Source: the human T2T-CHM13v2.0 reference genome, Homo sapiens
Strand: one strand, 5' to 3'
Assembly: GCF_009914755.1 (NCBI RefSeq)
Contig: NC_060926.1
DNA length: 64,000 nucleotides
Positions within the stretch are counted from its first letter, which is position 1. The number at the start of each line of letters is the position of its first letter. The notes beneath the pieces were generated by a model, which worked only from the letters and a program-made list of their open reading frames with translations, made no database searches and was not told where the DNA came from. The translations under genes were made by a program, and so were the position numbers. Positions 12,396 to 26,349 of this stretch are shown one piece after another.

Positions 12396-15300
12396 ATCTG
12401 GATGCGCAGGCCAGCTTCAGAACTCTGAAATTAGAATGTATATGGTGGGGCCTGGACATCAGGATTCTTAAATGCTCCCTAGTTGATGAGCAGGTGCAGC
12501 CAGGTTAAGAACCCCTGGAGGAAGAACCCTGGTCCCCCTGGGGATTGGACAGCTGAGACCTGCCCTCCTGCCACCTAGGAGATCAGAGCCCATGAAGGGG
12601 GCAGGAAGAGAAGGGAAAGTCCTTTCAAGGGTGGGTGCCAGGGAGGCCAGAGAGCTGTCTGTGCCTTCTCTGCCCCATCACTTTTGGGGGCCTCATTCTT
12701 TCAACATCTTGGAAGGGCCCAGATGTAAACAGTGGAGGGAGGCAGCTCTGAACAAAGAAGGCCCGATTGGAGATTTGGGGTAGGATTTGATCCCCAGTAC
12801 TGACCAAATCCAGTCCTGACTCACCTGCCCTTAAGGCCAAGATGACTGCTTGCCGCCCATCACTGGAGGAAGGCACGGTGGGGATCCACATTCAGGGGTC
12901 TCCAGAAACTCCCTTCTGGAAGATGAGGCTTTAGTCTCCTGTCCAGGTGCACTGCTTCCCCTCTTTCTGCTGTGGGCACTGGCTGTGGCGGGGCTGTGCA
13001 GGCCCAGCATCTCCACCCTGCTGGCCGCCTCCCCTTGAGGCCCGGGAGCTAAAGTCCCCATGCCAGCCCAACTGTTTTCTGCAGGAAAATCTATTGAGAT
13101 ACCACTTTCCATCTGATTCTCAGGGCACTAGGAAGATCCTGAAAGAATAAACACAAGAATGTCCCCTTTCCCTCTGAAGAGGAGGACAGCAGGCCTTTGG
13201 GTTCAAGTCCTGGCTGCCTTGCTCCAAGGCCAATAGCATTTGCATTTCAAGGCCAATGTTTCCAGGTGGCTTGGTTTGGGAGTGCAGGCCCCCTGAGGGG
13301 TTAACCTGGATGGGGCGTCATCTGAAGAGGAAGGGGCCCTCCTGAGAGAGGGAGACAGTGGGACCAGCCTGTGTGGGGGCTGGCAGCTGGAGCGAAGCGG
13401 GTTGGGCATGTGCAGGATGAGGGCTTGGACTGAAGGTCTGGCCTGTGGTCAGTGGACAGGCCAGATGGTGGACAGGGACAGCCCTGGGTCCTGTAGCCAC
13501 AAGAGCGATGCCCTGACTTTGACTAAGAAGACGACCACCAGTGATCCCTCTCCCTACTGGACTGGACAAGTTCTGGTGTGACCCTGCTCACACTGCCCGG
13601 TGAGTCACTGGGCTCATTCAGGGAAGCTTCTGTGGCCAAGAGCTTCACTGGGAAGATGTGAAGTGCTGTCAACTCAAAAGGGGCTGTTTTGAATTCCTGA
13701 CCTCGTATAGAGCACACTTGGTCTTGCTGGTGTGGGCTAGAGCCTACCGCCCTGTGTTGACAACCCTGTTGCCCAGCCGCCACCTGCAGCCCACGGATTC
13801 TCAGGAGCCCATCACTTAGACTTCTCTGCTCCATCTGCCTAGCCTGAGCAACCAGTTCCCAATGTTCACCCTTGCAAGAACCAGGGCGCCAAGGAACACA
13901 GAACTGGCCGAGCTGGGGAAGAGGTGTCACTCAGAGATGAGCCCACAGCCCCCCCAGCTACTGGAGGAGGTCCTGAAGAAGGTCGGGAGGCAGAGGCTCT
14001 GCCAGCTGCGGGCAGCAGGGAGTCTGGAGGTGGACTGAGGGCCTGCCTGGCAGGATAGGGGAGCAGAACTGTGAGCAGGGAACAGGGCTGACCCAGTCTG
14101 ACCCAGGGCTCCTGGATCAGACTCCTGGCTCTGTCTTTTACCGGCTGCGTGACTTAGTCTTTCTGACTCTCGGTTTCCTTGTCACCTTGGTAAATGAGCT
14201 AATATTGCTCACTGCATGGAGGGCCGGGGCATTAAATGGGATGATGCAGGTCCAGTGCTTGGAGCATAGAGCGAGCTTCGTAAACATCAGCCCCTTATCT
14301 CTCCTTTCATGGGAACTGGGGTGCACGGGGAGCTGATCATGAAGAAGACATCAAGAGCTCAGTCATCAGAACCCGGGGTCTGCAGGGTCAGTCTGCTTCC
14401 TTAGGGGTCTGTCCTCTATGGCCAGGTCAGGCACCAGCCCCACAAGAGCAGGCACCCAGGGATGTCTCTGGAAGGGAGGATGGGGCCCACTTCACCAACT
14501 GCCACATCCCTCCTGCTCCCACCAGCCCACTGCCGCCTCCCTCAGCCCCTCACATCAATTCCATGGACGTCTCTACCTTCCAGGCACCAGGACCAGTTTC
14601 CTGGCCTCTGACTTGCCTCCCCTGGGTGCCTGGCCCTGGATGTCTATGCAGAGCCAGGAAGGCAGCCCCTGCAGGTCTCAGCCTGACTGGGGAGTGGGGC
14701 TTGGCAGGAACAAGGTCAGCACGGCCTGGTCAGGCTGACGAGACCCTGAGCCAGTTGCCTGGGGCTCCCTAAATTCCCTCTGACCAAAATAGGCTGGGAC
14801 CAGCACCTCGGGTGGGGCTGTGCACATGGGTGGGAGCCAATAGCTGTGCAGCCAAGACTGGGAGCAGGGCCAGTCCTTACTGTCTCCAGGTGGAATCCAC
14901 CTTATACTAAGTATTTCTCGGTACCTCGAGTCATTATGCTTCAGACCGTGTCTTCCTGTCTAGCGCACTCATCAGTCCACATGTTGGTTTTGTCACAGTT
15001 GCTGACACTTAATGAGTGCCTTCCTCTGTGCCCAGCCTTTATTAAGTGCTGCTTTAATCCTAAAACAATACTAGATAGATAGTATTCCTGTCTCCCTTGT
15101 ACAGAGGAGAAAACTGAGGCGCAGAGAGGTGAAGCCTGTGCCCAGCGACCAACCAGTACAGAGTCGTATTCTCGTTGCACTTGAAATCCACGAACAAAGA
15201 CGGAACAAAGAACTAAGAAATGGTTTTTAGGCTGGACTGAATTAGTGACCGATATCACTTCGTGCAGTTTGTTCCCACTCTTGCTCACTGGGGCCCCTAT

Positions 15301-15896
15301 TTTTAGGGTGTAGATCAGCAATGCACTCTACTCCTGAAGCAGGTGAGGGGCTGTACTTTCATCTAGCACCCAGCACCCCGAGATGGGGGGGGGGTCTGCC
15401 AGATCTGGGCCCCTGCGTCGACTCTGTGCTGACCAAGCTCAGGGAGGGGCCTGTTTGCAAGAGGCCTCTCACCTGCCTCACCTGGGAGGCGTTTGGCTCT
15501 GGCCTCATTCCGCCTGGCAGGAGCAGCCAAAATCATTCACTTCTTGATGGAAGGGAACAGGCTCCACCCCTCAGAGTGAAATATTGGCTGTAAAAAGAAA
15601 GTGATAAACAAAGCCATCCCCTCTCTCCAGGGTACATGACATTCTTTTCTGAACTGTCCTGTTGCTACTTGCTGGGGAGTTAGGGGATGTTTCAGTCTTG
15701 TTAGAGATGTTTGCCATCTTTTTTGGTCTATTTTAATCTTCCAAGAATGTGGATGGTGCCTATTCCATCTTTGCAGGGTTCTTAGCTCACTGCCATCACC
15801 ACTGCCATTGCTACCATCACATGGGAACATGTGTGGCAGCCCCTCCTCGCAGCCACCCTGCACAGGAAGCCTGAGCTCCAACACGAGCTGCTTGTG

Positions 15897-16378
15897 TGTA
15901 TTGGTTTTCTAGGGTCGTCATGACAAAGTACCACCAAGTCAGTGGTTTAGAACCACAGAAATGTATTGTCTCACAGTTCTTGAGGCTACAAGTCTGACAT
16001 CAAGGTGCTGGCAGGGCCAGGCTCTCTCTGACAGCTCTAGGGGGAGATCCTTCATTATTTCTTCATAGTTTCTGTTGCTGCTGGCAACCCCTGGCGTCCC
16101 CTGGCTTGTGGACACCACATCACTCCAGGCATGCAGCTATCTCCTCCCTGTGTGTCTTTGCATCATCGTCCCTCCCTGCATGTCTGCCTCTGTGCCCCCA
16201 TTTTTCCTTTTTATAAGGACACCAGTCATGTTGGATTAGGGCCTAGGCTAATAACTTTATTTTGACTTGATTATCCCCATAGAGACCCCATCTCCAACTA
16301 AGGTCACATTCTGAGATACTGGGGGTTAGGACTCCAGCATGCCTGTTTTGAAGGGACAAAATTCAACCCGTCATAACA
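15897..16378 (-). mobile_element. MLT1B/C-like solo LTR
   Basis: tgtattggttttctagg...aaggtcacattctgag...attcaacccgtcataaca. Confidence 0.8.
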
Positions 16379-17478
16379 CGGTATCACCTTTGAGAAGTTA
16401 TTTAATGTCTGAATACCTCAGTCTCTTTACCTGTAAAGTAGGACTGTTAATACACCATAACACTTGCCTCTTTGGGTTGCTGGGATGATCCAATCAGCCG
16501 ATATGTGAGTAAAGTGTTTGGGACAGAGTCAGGCGCTCCATCAATGCTGTGTGCATGGGCACTGCTGCTCACACAGCCCTCTTATCACAGTAGCAGAAAT
16601 GCAGGTTTGGGGAGGTTAAGGTACTTGCTAAAGGTTTCAAAGCTGGATTGAGAACCTGAGTCAACGTGGACCCCAGACACAGCTCCAAGATAGGCCTCCC
16701 CTGAGACCAGCGTCACACAGCATGGCCTGGCCCTGTGCAGCTGGAGGACACCAGGTGCAGCCAGAAGACAGGGACCCTGTGCTGGAAAACGATTTTTCCA
16801 TCTGTTCTGTCAAAGATTTGCCATTGAAGTTCAAATACATATTCAGCCCTCAATATTTAACATGGATGAAGCCCCACCAGTGGCTTCCTCATCTACAAAT
16901 GCAGATGGTGCACTGGAGTGGCCCCGAGGCTCTTTCTATGCAGATGATCTGTGGGTCTGTGGATTTACAAGCACGAGAACGAAACACGACCATCTAACTA
17001 GACACTCCCAAGCCCCAGCTAATATTATGCTTAGTTCCAGCAGTAGTTGGCCCAAGACAGCCAAAAAACTTGGACAGCTCCTCTGGGCTGGTGAGGGTGG
17101 GCCTGGCAGGCTTCTTCTGCCTAAAGAGCCGGAGCAGCCAGGGCACCGGGCAGGGAAGCTCATGGAGCTCTCAGATCCCCCTGAGAATTAACGGCTAGGT
17201 CCACAGAATCCTGGAGAGCCTGGTGGCTTCCTCCCCAGTCCCCAGCCAGGACCGTAAGAAAGTCTGGGGGGTGAAATTCTTCACCACCATTTCCTGGGGC
17301 TGACTTCTCTGAGACCAGGCCCAGGAGTGATCTGAACATTGTCTTCTTGGTGACTTTGGCTGTTGGGAGTGTGGTCAGGATGGTTGGCCATTCATTCCCC
17401 CTCCTGAGGGCTTTGATGGGTGGTGTTGGGGCTGTTTCCTTGGAGGCTCAGGGGATGGACTTGCTCTTCCTCATTCAG

Positions 17479-18900
17479 TGGCTGGAAGGCAAGGCATGAA
17501 CCCATGATTCAGGTAAGACACCATTTACCACCTGCTGTGAACTGAATGTCGGTTTCCCCCAAGAGTCAAAATTCAGTTGAAATCCTCACCTCCAAGGTTC
17601 TTCTGCTAGAAGGTGGAGTCTTTGGGAGGTAATTAGGTCATGAGGGGGAGGCCTTCATGAATGGGATTAGTGAACTTATAAAAGAGACCCCAGAGAGCTC
17701 CCTCACCTTTTCATCCAGTGAGGACACAGGGAGAAGATGGTCATTAGCGACCAGGAAGAGGGTCCCCCCACCAGAACCCCATGCTGGCACCTGATCTCGA
17801 CTTCCGGCCTCCAGAAATGTGAGAAATAAGTTCCAGATTCCTGTTGTTTCTAAGCCATCCCGCCCTAAGGTACTTTGTTAGACGCAGCCTGTGCTGACTC
17901 ACACGCTGCCTTATTTGATTTTCATTCACAGCTTTGAGAAGCAGATCGGCTTGAATGAGCATGGAATGTATCTATTTAAAAAGCAGCTGGAAGTCTGTCA
18001 AGTGCATTCTGGAAATGGATTCAGGCTAACAGAGTGTTCTGAATAGAGACGCCTAAAACAAGTAAGTATGATCTGTTATCAATGCATTATCACTTTATGG
18101 TATACGATTGATTTTCTTAAGTATGTGATTGTAGTGTCTATAATTTTGTGTTTTTGTACTTAGCAACCCTTTTTCATATAGATGGAATCAGAATAAATTT
18201 CATCCTAGTTCTATTTCCAAAATATTATTGGTGCCCCTAGTTGTACTGCCTGAGTGTTGTCAGATCAAGGCTTACAAACTCACGGGCGATGCTGCAGAAT
18301 GAGTGACAACAGATAATGCCAATTGCCCAGATTGAATCCAGCAAGAAATGACATTGGAATGGCTCTACCTTGTGGAGGGAACTGTCCAGTGCAGAGGACC
18401 TGCCTGAGTATTGCTTACAATACATCTTTCTGGTTATAATGAAGCCATTTATTTGTTTACATCTTTATTATTGCCACTTTCCTCCACTGGCTTGGAAATC
18501 CTTAGAGCCTAGAACAATGCTGGGCTTGGAGCAGGTGCTTGAAAGCATATTACCAAAATGAATGAATAAATGAATGAATGAAAGAATAGGCGAAGATGCT
18601 GGTGCAGACCTCGGTCTTTTGTGAGCTTGGTGAGTGTGAACCAGAGTCTGAGATCCCCGGTTTCCCTGATTAGACACTGAGGATCAGACGTTGGAAGCAC
18701 CACTGTCCTGTAAGGCCCCTTCTCACCCAGCTCGGCAGCCTTTGCTACACCCCTGTCTTTATTAACTGTCCTCTGTGAGTCCACCTTGAAAGGTTCTCAC
18801 TTACTTGCTTTTTCTCTCTGCAGGAGCCAAAGACATAGCAATGGAGAACGTGGGTGGTACAGCCCTCCACCCTGGCGAGCAGCACATTAGAATCACGTAG
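17479..18900 (+). ncRNA. Candidate spliced lncRNA exons upstream of IL1R2 (possibly part of LINC01127, which I recall lies in this interval; 3' end unknown)
   Basis: Acceptor/donor pairs define 17479-17512 and 17932-18061; strong acceptor at 18824; no coding signal. Confidence 0.3.
17533..17904 (+). mobile_element. MLT1A-like solo LTR
   Basis: tgctgtgaactgaatgt...ttataaaagagaccccagagagctc...gtgagaaataag. Confidence 0.8.
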
Positions 18901-19857
18901 GAGCTTAAAAAGTACTGACTGGCCTGGTCTTTTTCGGTGTGAAGGTGGGATGCAGGCTTCCTGGGGTTATCCTCTCGTACAGCCAGAGTTGAGAACCATC
19001 TGAGTAGCGCTTGTCACACTTCTGGCCACATCAGAATCGTCTGAGGGACTTGTTCACTGCAGGTTGCTGGGTCCCATCTCTAGCCTCTGATCCAGTAGCC
19101 TGGGGTGGGGCACAGGATGTCCTGCTGCTGGGGTCTGGGCAGCGCTATGAGAACTGCTGACGTTGGAGCTCGATCAGGTGGTCCCTCACTCCCTGACCCA
19201 GGGCATTTGCTGCTTCCTGTCTCTGCCATTCTTTTCTCAACCTGGGGCACTTGCTTTTCTCGCTATGCTGCCCTGCCCTTTGCTGAGGCCTGGGCTATCC
19301 CTGGCAGGGTGCAGAAAAAAAATTTTTAAGTTACTTTTCTCAGCCCAAAGGAGACTGGAATGCTTCACAAGGGATTCTACTTGACAGGCAATTGGACCAC
19401 CCAAATGGCAAACTAAAAGCATAGAAGCGGACACCAGAGGCTCCTGGACCTGAGATGTGGCCCTGGAAGTGACCAGATGTGGTCTCAAGAGATGGGGGCC
19501 CAGGGCTAGGAATGCCGCCATCCGGGGAGGCCCTAGAGCAGAGCAGAGCAGCTGTGGGCTGGTGCCAAGCTCACTCCTGCTTCTCTCTGCACGTCTCCCT
19601 CATTCTTTTCTCTCTGAACTGTGACCCTTTTGGCCCCTCTGAGTACCAGGTGGGACAAGGTGACCCCTCAGCACTTGAGTTTACACCTTAGATGTGTAGG
19701 TCCTCACAGAGGCCAACTTATCTCCTTCTGGGACCAAATTCCAAATTCCTAAAGAAAAAACAAACCAAAAACGGATATGATAAACCTATCTCAGTGGTCA
19801 GCCCCTGGGGCGCAAACATTCCCCTGAGTCAGGGAAGGGTGACTGTAACACAGGTAT

Positions 19858-20297
19858 CATTATGATTTAGGTGTGGCAAGACTAGCAGGTCAGGGGTGCC
19901 TGCCATTGAAAAGACTGTCATACAGTTCCCAGGTGGAAGGGGTGTGCCAGGAGGGGCAGCCAGAAGGCAGATGGAGGGAAGCTGCCTTTATGGTGTTTCT
20001 GCTGGGAGGCACAGGTGCGGTGGAGGAAGCAGGCTTAGGATTGGTTCGTGTGAATGTCTTCAGTGGGCTCTGGTTATCTGGTACCTGGCCCGGGGTGATG
20101 AGGGTAGATAGAGGCCCAGAAGGTGAGAGCCTAATACCCAGAGCGGTCGGGGGGGTGGGTAGGCTCAGGGCTGGTTGGTTTGGGAAGCATGTTTGTGGGC
20201 CCGTTGGTTACCGTCTCAAGGAATGGGCTAGGCCTGGGTGTGGCTGTCCTTCTAGGATCAGCAAGGCAGCAAATATCAAAGCACCAGAATACACAAA
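19858..20297 (-). mobile_element. ERVL-type LTR fragment (MER74/MER54 group, uncertain)
   Basis: tgtggcaagactagcaggtcagg...gccattgaaaagac...ggattggttcg motif order. Confidence 0.45.
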
Positions 20298-21118
20298 GTA
20301 AAAGACTGCATTAATACAGGGTAGTTTACAAAGAAATGGGAAATTGTTGGTTCTGAGCTGGGTGGGGATTGAAACGGTGTTCCCTGCAGATCCATTTAAA
20401 GTCTCTCTGTAAATACGCGTTGGTGTGTAACTGTTCCTTGTCTCTAACCTCAGCCAGCCCCTCCCATGCCAGGTGAGGGGTCTTCCCACCTCCCTTTTCC
20501 TCTCTGGGTGTCCCTCCATTATGATCTGGGGACCAAGGCTGGCTGTAGCAGTGTGCCTCCATGGCCTAGGGCGGTTGGCAAATGCAATTTCTTCGGCAGT
20601 GCTGGATAAAGTGGGATGATGCAGTGACCACACAGAATGTCATTTCTGATGAAAGCTGGCATGCCAGCCCGTGACAGGACACAGAGGAGCGTGGATTCCC
20701 CTTCATGGTTGACTTCAGCCAAGGCCATCATCCCCGCTGCCAAAGCCTGCCCTGATTGCCTGCCCTGGGGGAGAGAAGTGTTTTGAAGATGACAAATCAA
20801 AGTCAGGTCCTGCATGGAGTTTGCGTGCCTGACAGCCTGGCTAGCACAGGAGGACATGCAGGTGGAATTTGTGCAAGCCTGTTATTTTCTGTAACACAAT
20901 ACACACTGAGAAGGCAATGGGTACCTTGGACCCTGCAGGCCAATTCAAGCACCATCACTACTTTTCAGAAGTGTGGGGCATAGATGTCAACTGAGCCTAG
21001 CAAGATGTCCTATGTTACCAAGAGACTATTAGAAAGCAGAGCAGGTCTCAAGATTCAATGAAACAATTGCCTGGAAGCTGGAAGATAATATGGAAGCTAG
21101 GGATATAATAGAGTATGT

Positions 21119-21429
21119 TGCTGGGAACGGTGGCTCCTGCCTGTAATCGCAGCACTTTGGGAGGCTGAGGTAGGGGGGATCACTTGAGCCCAGGAGTTGG
21201 AGGCCAGCCTGGGCAACACAGCAAGACCCCATTTCTATAAATAATTAAAAAAAAAATTAGCTGGGTGTTGTGGTGCATGCCTGTATTCTTAACTACTCCA
21301 GAGGCTGAGGTGGGAGGATGGCTTGAGTCCAGAAGTTCAAGGTTACAGTGAACTACGATTGAGCCACACTGCATTCCAGCTGGGTAACAGAGGGAGACTC
21401 TGTCTCTAAAAAAAAAAATTAAAAAAAAA
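21119..21429 (+). mobile_element. AluJ
   Basis: Dimeric Alu with J-type cacttgagcccaggagttggaggcc. Confidence 0.92.
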
Positions 21430-23440
21430 GTAGGGTGGGTGGTTGAGGGTTGTGCAGTGTGAGTGAGGGTGGCCAGAAAAACCATTTCCGTGACAGTTAC
21501 AAAGGCTGTGTGTGGATGGTGACGCTGAGGTTTTATCTTCAAGTGAGTTGTGCATATGAGGTTTGTTTGATTCTAAAGCATTTATTTTCTAAATGCAAAC
21601 TTTTAGAATAAAGTCTAGTTCCTGTTGCTCTATTTTGGCATAGGTTTTTAATGTTTCATATACTTAGAACTTCAAAATGGTGGTGGTTGGGGTCTGTCTT
21701 CTTACCTGCTGGAGGCCCTGCCAGGTGCTAGCCAGAAGCAGTCATTATTGCTTAGGCAGTCGTTGTGGGAGGCTGGGTGTGGCTCTCGCGGAGCCAGAAT
21801 GAAGGATAGCAACTCATTAACACACACACACCCACCCCTAAACACACACGTGCACCTACACACAGCTGGGAGTCCTAAGGAAGAGACCACACCTTTTTTG
21901 TTTTTTGCTTTTTTACCACCTTCATTATGAGTCTAAAGTCAATTCAATTAACCAGCTATTTGAAATTTTTACATCTAACAGGAGCTGAGAAGATCCAGTG
22001 GGTTATTGGTTAGAATAGCTGGTGGGGCTGGTGGGTCGGGGTAGGTGAGAGGAGGGAAGGGTGATGTGGAGGATGGACTGGGGTGTTTGCTGCAAGGTGG
22101 GTAGCTGAGGGTTGGTTCAGGTGTTTGGCATTGGTTGGGATCCAATAGCTGTTGTCTGAGAGTCTGCTCGTCATCTCTTCCTGCTGAGGCTGGTGGGACT
22201 GAACTGACCTTCATATCTCAGCGATGAGTCCTGTAGACTGCAGGCTCCACGGCAGTTGCAGCTCCCAGGGCTTCAGATTGGAGCTGCCTGTGACATGCAG
22301 AGGTGGAAGCACAGCCTCAGCTGTGGTGGACGGCAGCCTCTTTCAGCCCCCAGGTGCATAACAAAGGCTGTCTTGATTGTATCTGTGAGAGTGCCATGAT
22401 TTGGGGTTTTCTCTGTCGGTTTGGACCAGATCAGAAAGCAATTGGGACTATTGGTAAGAAAAGCCAATCTGTCTATTCTTGGTGTGGGGACACTTGAGCT
22501 GGTTCTCAGCAGTGCAAATAATAGCTAGATGAATAAGCATTGAGCTGCTGTCTGATGCAGAATGAAAATCAGATTTCCATCATGAGGAACAGGAATTTTT
22601 TTCATTTCTCCCCCAGAGCAGAGAGTGTAGGTCCACCTCAGTGAGTGGCTAATCCATGTCCTGGGAGGCCGACTTCCAGGGTTTCTCTCTCAGATAGAGA
22701 GAGACAGGTTTTAGGTCTCTAGAGTCTAAAGAATGAAGAATCATTGCTTCAGTCCTTGCAATAAACTTCCTGGGCCCACGGGGCAGAAGGGCAAGGCCGG
22801 GGAGCAGGGGCTTCCACCTCATGCAAGGGAGACAGCGCGCCTCAGGTCAGAGCAGGAGGGGCCTGCTTGGAGCCTCCTGAGCCACCGGCAGGCAGAGGGT
22901 TTGGTTGTGTGGATGGTAGAGCAGGAGGGTGGAATGCTCGGGGCCAGGTACTGCATGGGGCCTGGGTGCCTGTGGAGGGAGAGCAGGCTCTGGAGGGGGC
23001 CAGGTTCCAGCTGCCCTCTCATGCATGCTCTGGGTCTCGTGGGAGGGGGGTTGGAGGGAAAGTGGGCAGGGGCTGTTCGTGTTATGGGTGGTGTCCTGGA
23101 ATTCTCACCTTTCCCAGTGTCTCTCATGGAAACCCAAGGTGGGAGAAAGAAGCAGAAGGAGATCCTGGAACCAAAAACACTTCAGCAATGAAGACTGGAT
23201 TTTCTCTGAAATGAACAACAAAATAAAATCTCTCCTGTAGATCTCTAAAGCTCTGTGCATACTTTGTCTATGCTTTCTAGACAATCTTAGCCTTAGGTAT
23301 GAAAGGAATTGAGGTGAATAGTGGAGCCGTTCATTAGATGTCCACATTCTAATCCCTGGAAGCCGTGAACAACATGTTACCTTACATGGGAAAAGGGATT
23401 AAGACACAGAGTTTTTTTTTTCCTGTTATTGTCCAGTTGA

Positions 23441-23765
<325 letters not shown>

Positions 23766-24162
23766 TAAATTTATCCTATGGTTTTGATGACCATATTTTC
23801 TTGAATCCAAATTAAGGCTCTCTGATCTGACAATGAGTGAGTTTCTGGGGATAATATGACAGAGTATTTGGAATTGAGGGTGTCCCATAAAAACTGGGGA
23901 CACATATTTCCTGTCACAATACATGACGTAGCCTCTCTCTCCCTTCTCACCTTCCCCACCCTGTGGCTTGTACATTACAAGGAAGAGAGAGGGGTTGGAA
24001 CCTTGCCACAAGGGTTTTCAGAGGATTCTGCTAATCTCTGAACCAGACCAGACTTTGGAAAGGCCTCCTGGGTCTAAAAAATGAGGAATCATTGCTTCAA
24101 TCTTTGCAATAAACATCCTGGGTGACTTTCACCTCAAACCTCAGAGGATTTCACGATGGTAC

Positions 24163-24177
24163 AGAACATTCTGTGCT
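24163..24177. promoter_or_regulatory. Glucocorticoid response element AGAACAttcTGTGCT (~2 kb upstream of exon 1a)
   Basis: Exact fit to RGNACAnnnTGTNCY; binding not demonstrable from sequence. Confidence 0.55.
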
Positions 24178-26019
24178 TGTGGGTTTCCCATCAGTTGGTG
24201 GAGAAATCGAGCCATTCAAATGTGCTATTGGTGGTGGACACAGTGCAGCATGGGCCATGAAGCGGGGCGGAGGGGTAAAGTAGCCATGGCTCCATGAGGC
24301 TCCGGCAGGCCTGGGGACTTACTCTTGGGTGTCTGTTGGGTCTGAGCATTAGTTCTTGAAAAGACTATGTAAGCAATTCTTGTGACTCTATGATCAAGTT
24401 TTCCCATAGAAAGAAGTGAGGTTATGTAAATTCCTCCTTATAGATCACAAGATCAGCAGTTAACTCCAGCATGGCCAAGAGCAGATGGCATGGTTTTGCT
24501 TCCTCTCTTTGGCTGAATTAAGCTGTGGGCTTCCTGTGTTATTTAATGAACCGAATCCTAATTGAGGCAGGTCAGCTGGGGGTGATGTGTTTAGTTGAGC
24601 ACAGAGCGAGGGTGGAGACAGGGGCTCAATTATTGGCGTGTTCTGTATCCTGGGATGATGATGGTATTTGGTGAGATTTTCCTACTGGGATGAATTCCCA
24701 CCCTTGAAACTTACTAGGCTTGACTCAAAATTTGTGCTTTGTTCTTCAATCTTGCCTCATCAAAATAATGGGAAAAGCCCCAAATATTTCACCTTCTAAT
24801 GGTCCTTAAAAAGAATAAACATGATATAATGTAACATTTACCCTTTGCTCAACAAACTCCATTTTGGGGCATTCACAGTTTCCAAACAGTTTCCATAAGA
24901 ATCCATCCATTGTGAAGTTATACACACCATTAAATCAATACAGCTTACTCACCTTGCTCCCCATCCTCAAATGTCTGGACTTCAGTTTTCTCTTCTTTTT
25001 AAACTGGAAGACAAATTTGACCATCTCTAAGTTTCTACCTAGCTCTAACATTGTATTTTTCTAAGATTTTATTTAACCAGTTGAGATTTGACTTTCGAGA
25101 GTTACCATCCTTTGTTAGCAAAAGGATAAAACTAGGGCCCATGGGCCCTTCTGACTTAGCCATTTGTTCTGGGTATGAATTCCCTAAGATTTCTCTAAAG
25201 GAGTTTCTATACCTGCCTCTTTACTTGTAAGAAAATGAAGATCTGCATAAACCAGGCAGACAGTGTTATGAAGGTTAATGCCATGGGTTTTAAAGTACAT
25301 TTTGAAAAGCATTCTTCCTTTCCAACCACCAACAAAGGGATTCCAAATTACACCTCTTCCTAAACGATGCAACATGAGTGAGCACATAGGCGAGAGGTCG
25401 CAGGGGATGATAAGAGGGTTCTAGCCCTGGAGCCTGGCTTTCCAGAGAGGCTGTGGCCAAGGTTTTACGCTCCCATTTGGCCTCCTGTTCATATGAAGGA
25501 AGGCCCAGGACCATGAGTTCTCAGATCCGCGGGCTCTGAGCAAACCGGGTGCACCCTGACTCGGCTTCATCCTCTCTAACTCCACGGTGGCGACTTGCAT
25601 GGGAGAGAGGAGCAACCAACAACACCTTCGGGCTGGTTAGGGGGTTTAGGAGACATTGGTTTTGTACAGACATGACTTGATGCTGGATTCCCACTTTCAG
25701 AAGACAAACTATTCAGTTCTGCAAACTCCACAATCTAGAATAAGGAATTAGATAACCAACCCCCTCCTTCACTTAACAGTTAAAAATCATACAGGACTCT
25801 GAAAACAAAACAAAACAAAAACTTAACCTTTCTTAGATCCTAAAAGCGTTCCTTGGATGGAAAACCAACTCTTCCACTGGCTAAAGATCAAAAGCATCTT
25901 TTTCTCTTTAATGGGGCCACAGTTGGGCAAAACGCCCATCACTTTAAAACCACCTCTCGGCTGGAAGTACGTAATTTTTAGCGAGTCACAGAAAAATAGG
26001 GAAACTTATGCGGCGTTTC

Positions 26020-26200
26020 CTTGGCCACTTCCCCATCTGGGTGATCATGTACTCAGACCCAGCACTGCAGCCTGGGGGTGCTCCCCGTGAGGAGGAAAAG
26101 GTGTGTCCGCTGCCACCCAGTGTGAGCGGGTGACACCACCCGGTTAGGAAATCCCAGCTCCCAAGAGGGTATAAATCCCTGCTTTACTGCTGAGCTCCTG
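26020..26200 (+). promoter_or_regulatory. IL1R2: IL1R2 proximal promoter (exon 1a)
   Basis: TATAAA 26170-26175; PU.1/ETS-type CACTTCCCC 26026-26034; kB-like AGGAAATCCC 26146-26155; locally raised CpG density. Confidence 0.8.
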
Positions 26201-26251
26201 CTGGAGGTGAAAGTCTGGCCTGGCAGCCTTCCCCAGGTGAGCAGCAACAAG
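26200..26251 (+). other. IL1R2: IL1R2 non-coding exon 1a (start approximate)
   Basis: About 25-30 nt after the TATA box; ...AGCAACAAG|gtgaga; junction AGCAACAAG-GCCACGTG matches the IL1R2 mRNA 5'UTR as I recall it. Confidence 0.8.
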
Positions 26252-26286
26252 GTGAGAGAATGCAGAGCTGCAGGTAAGAGGCTTTG

Positions 26287-26312
26287 GAGAGAGAGAGAGA
26301 AAGAGAGAGAGG

Positions 26313-26349
<37 letters not shown>

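Noticed and set aside
13770-13795. CTCF-like motif (gccgccacctgcagcc)
   Set aside because: Two mismatches in the core; not distinguishable from chance without ChIP data.
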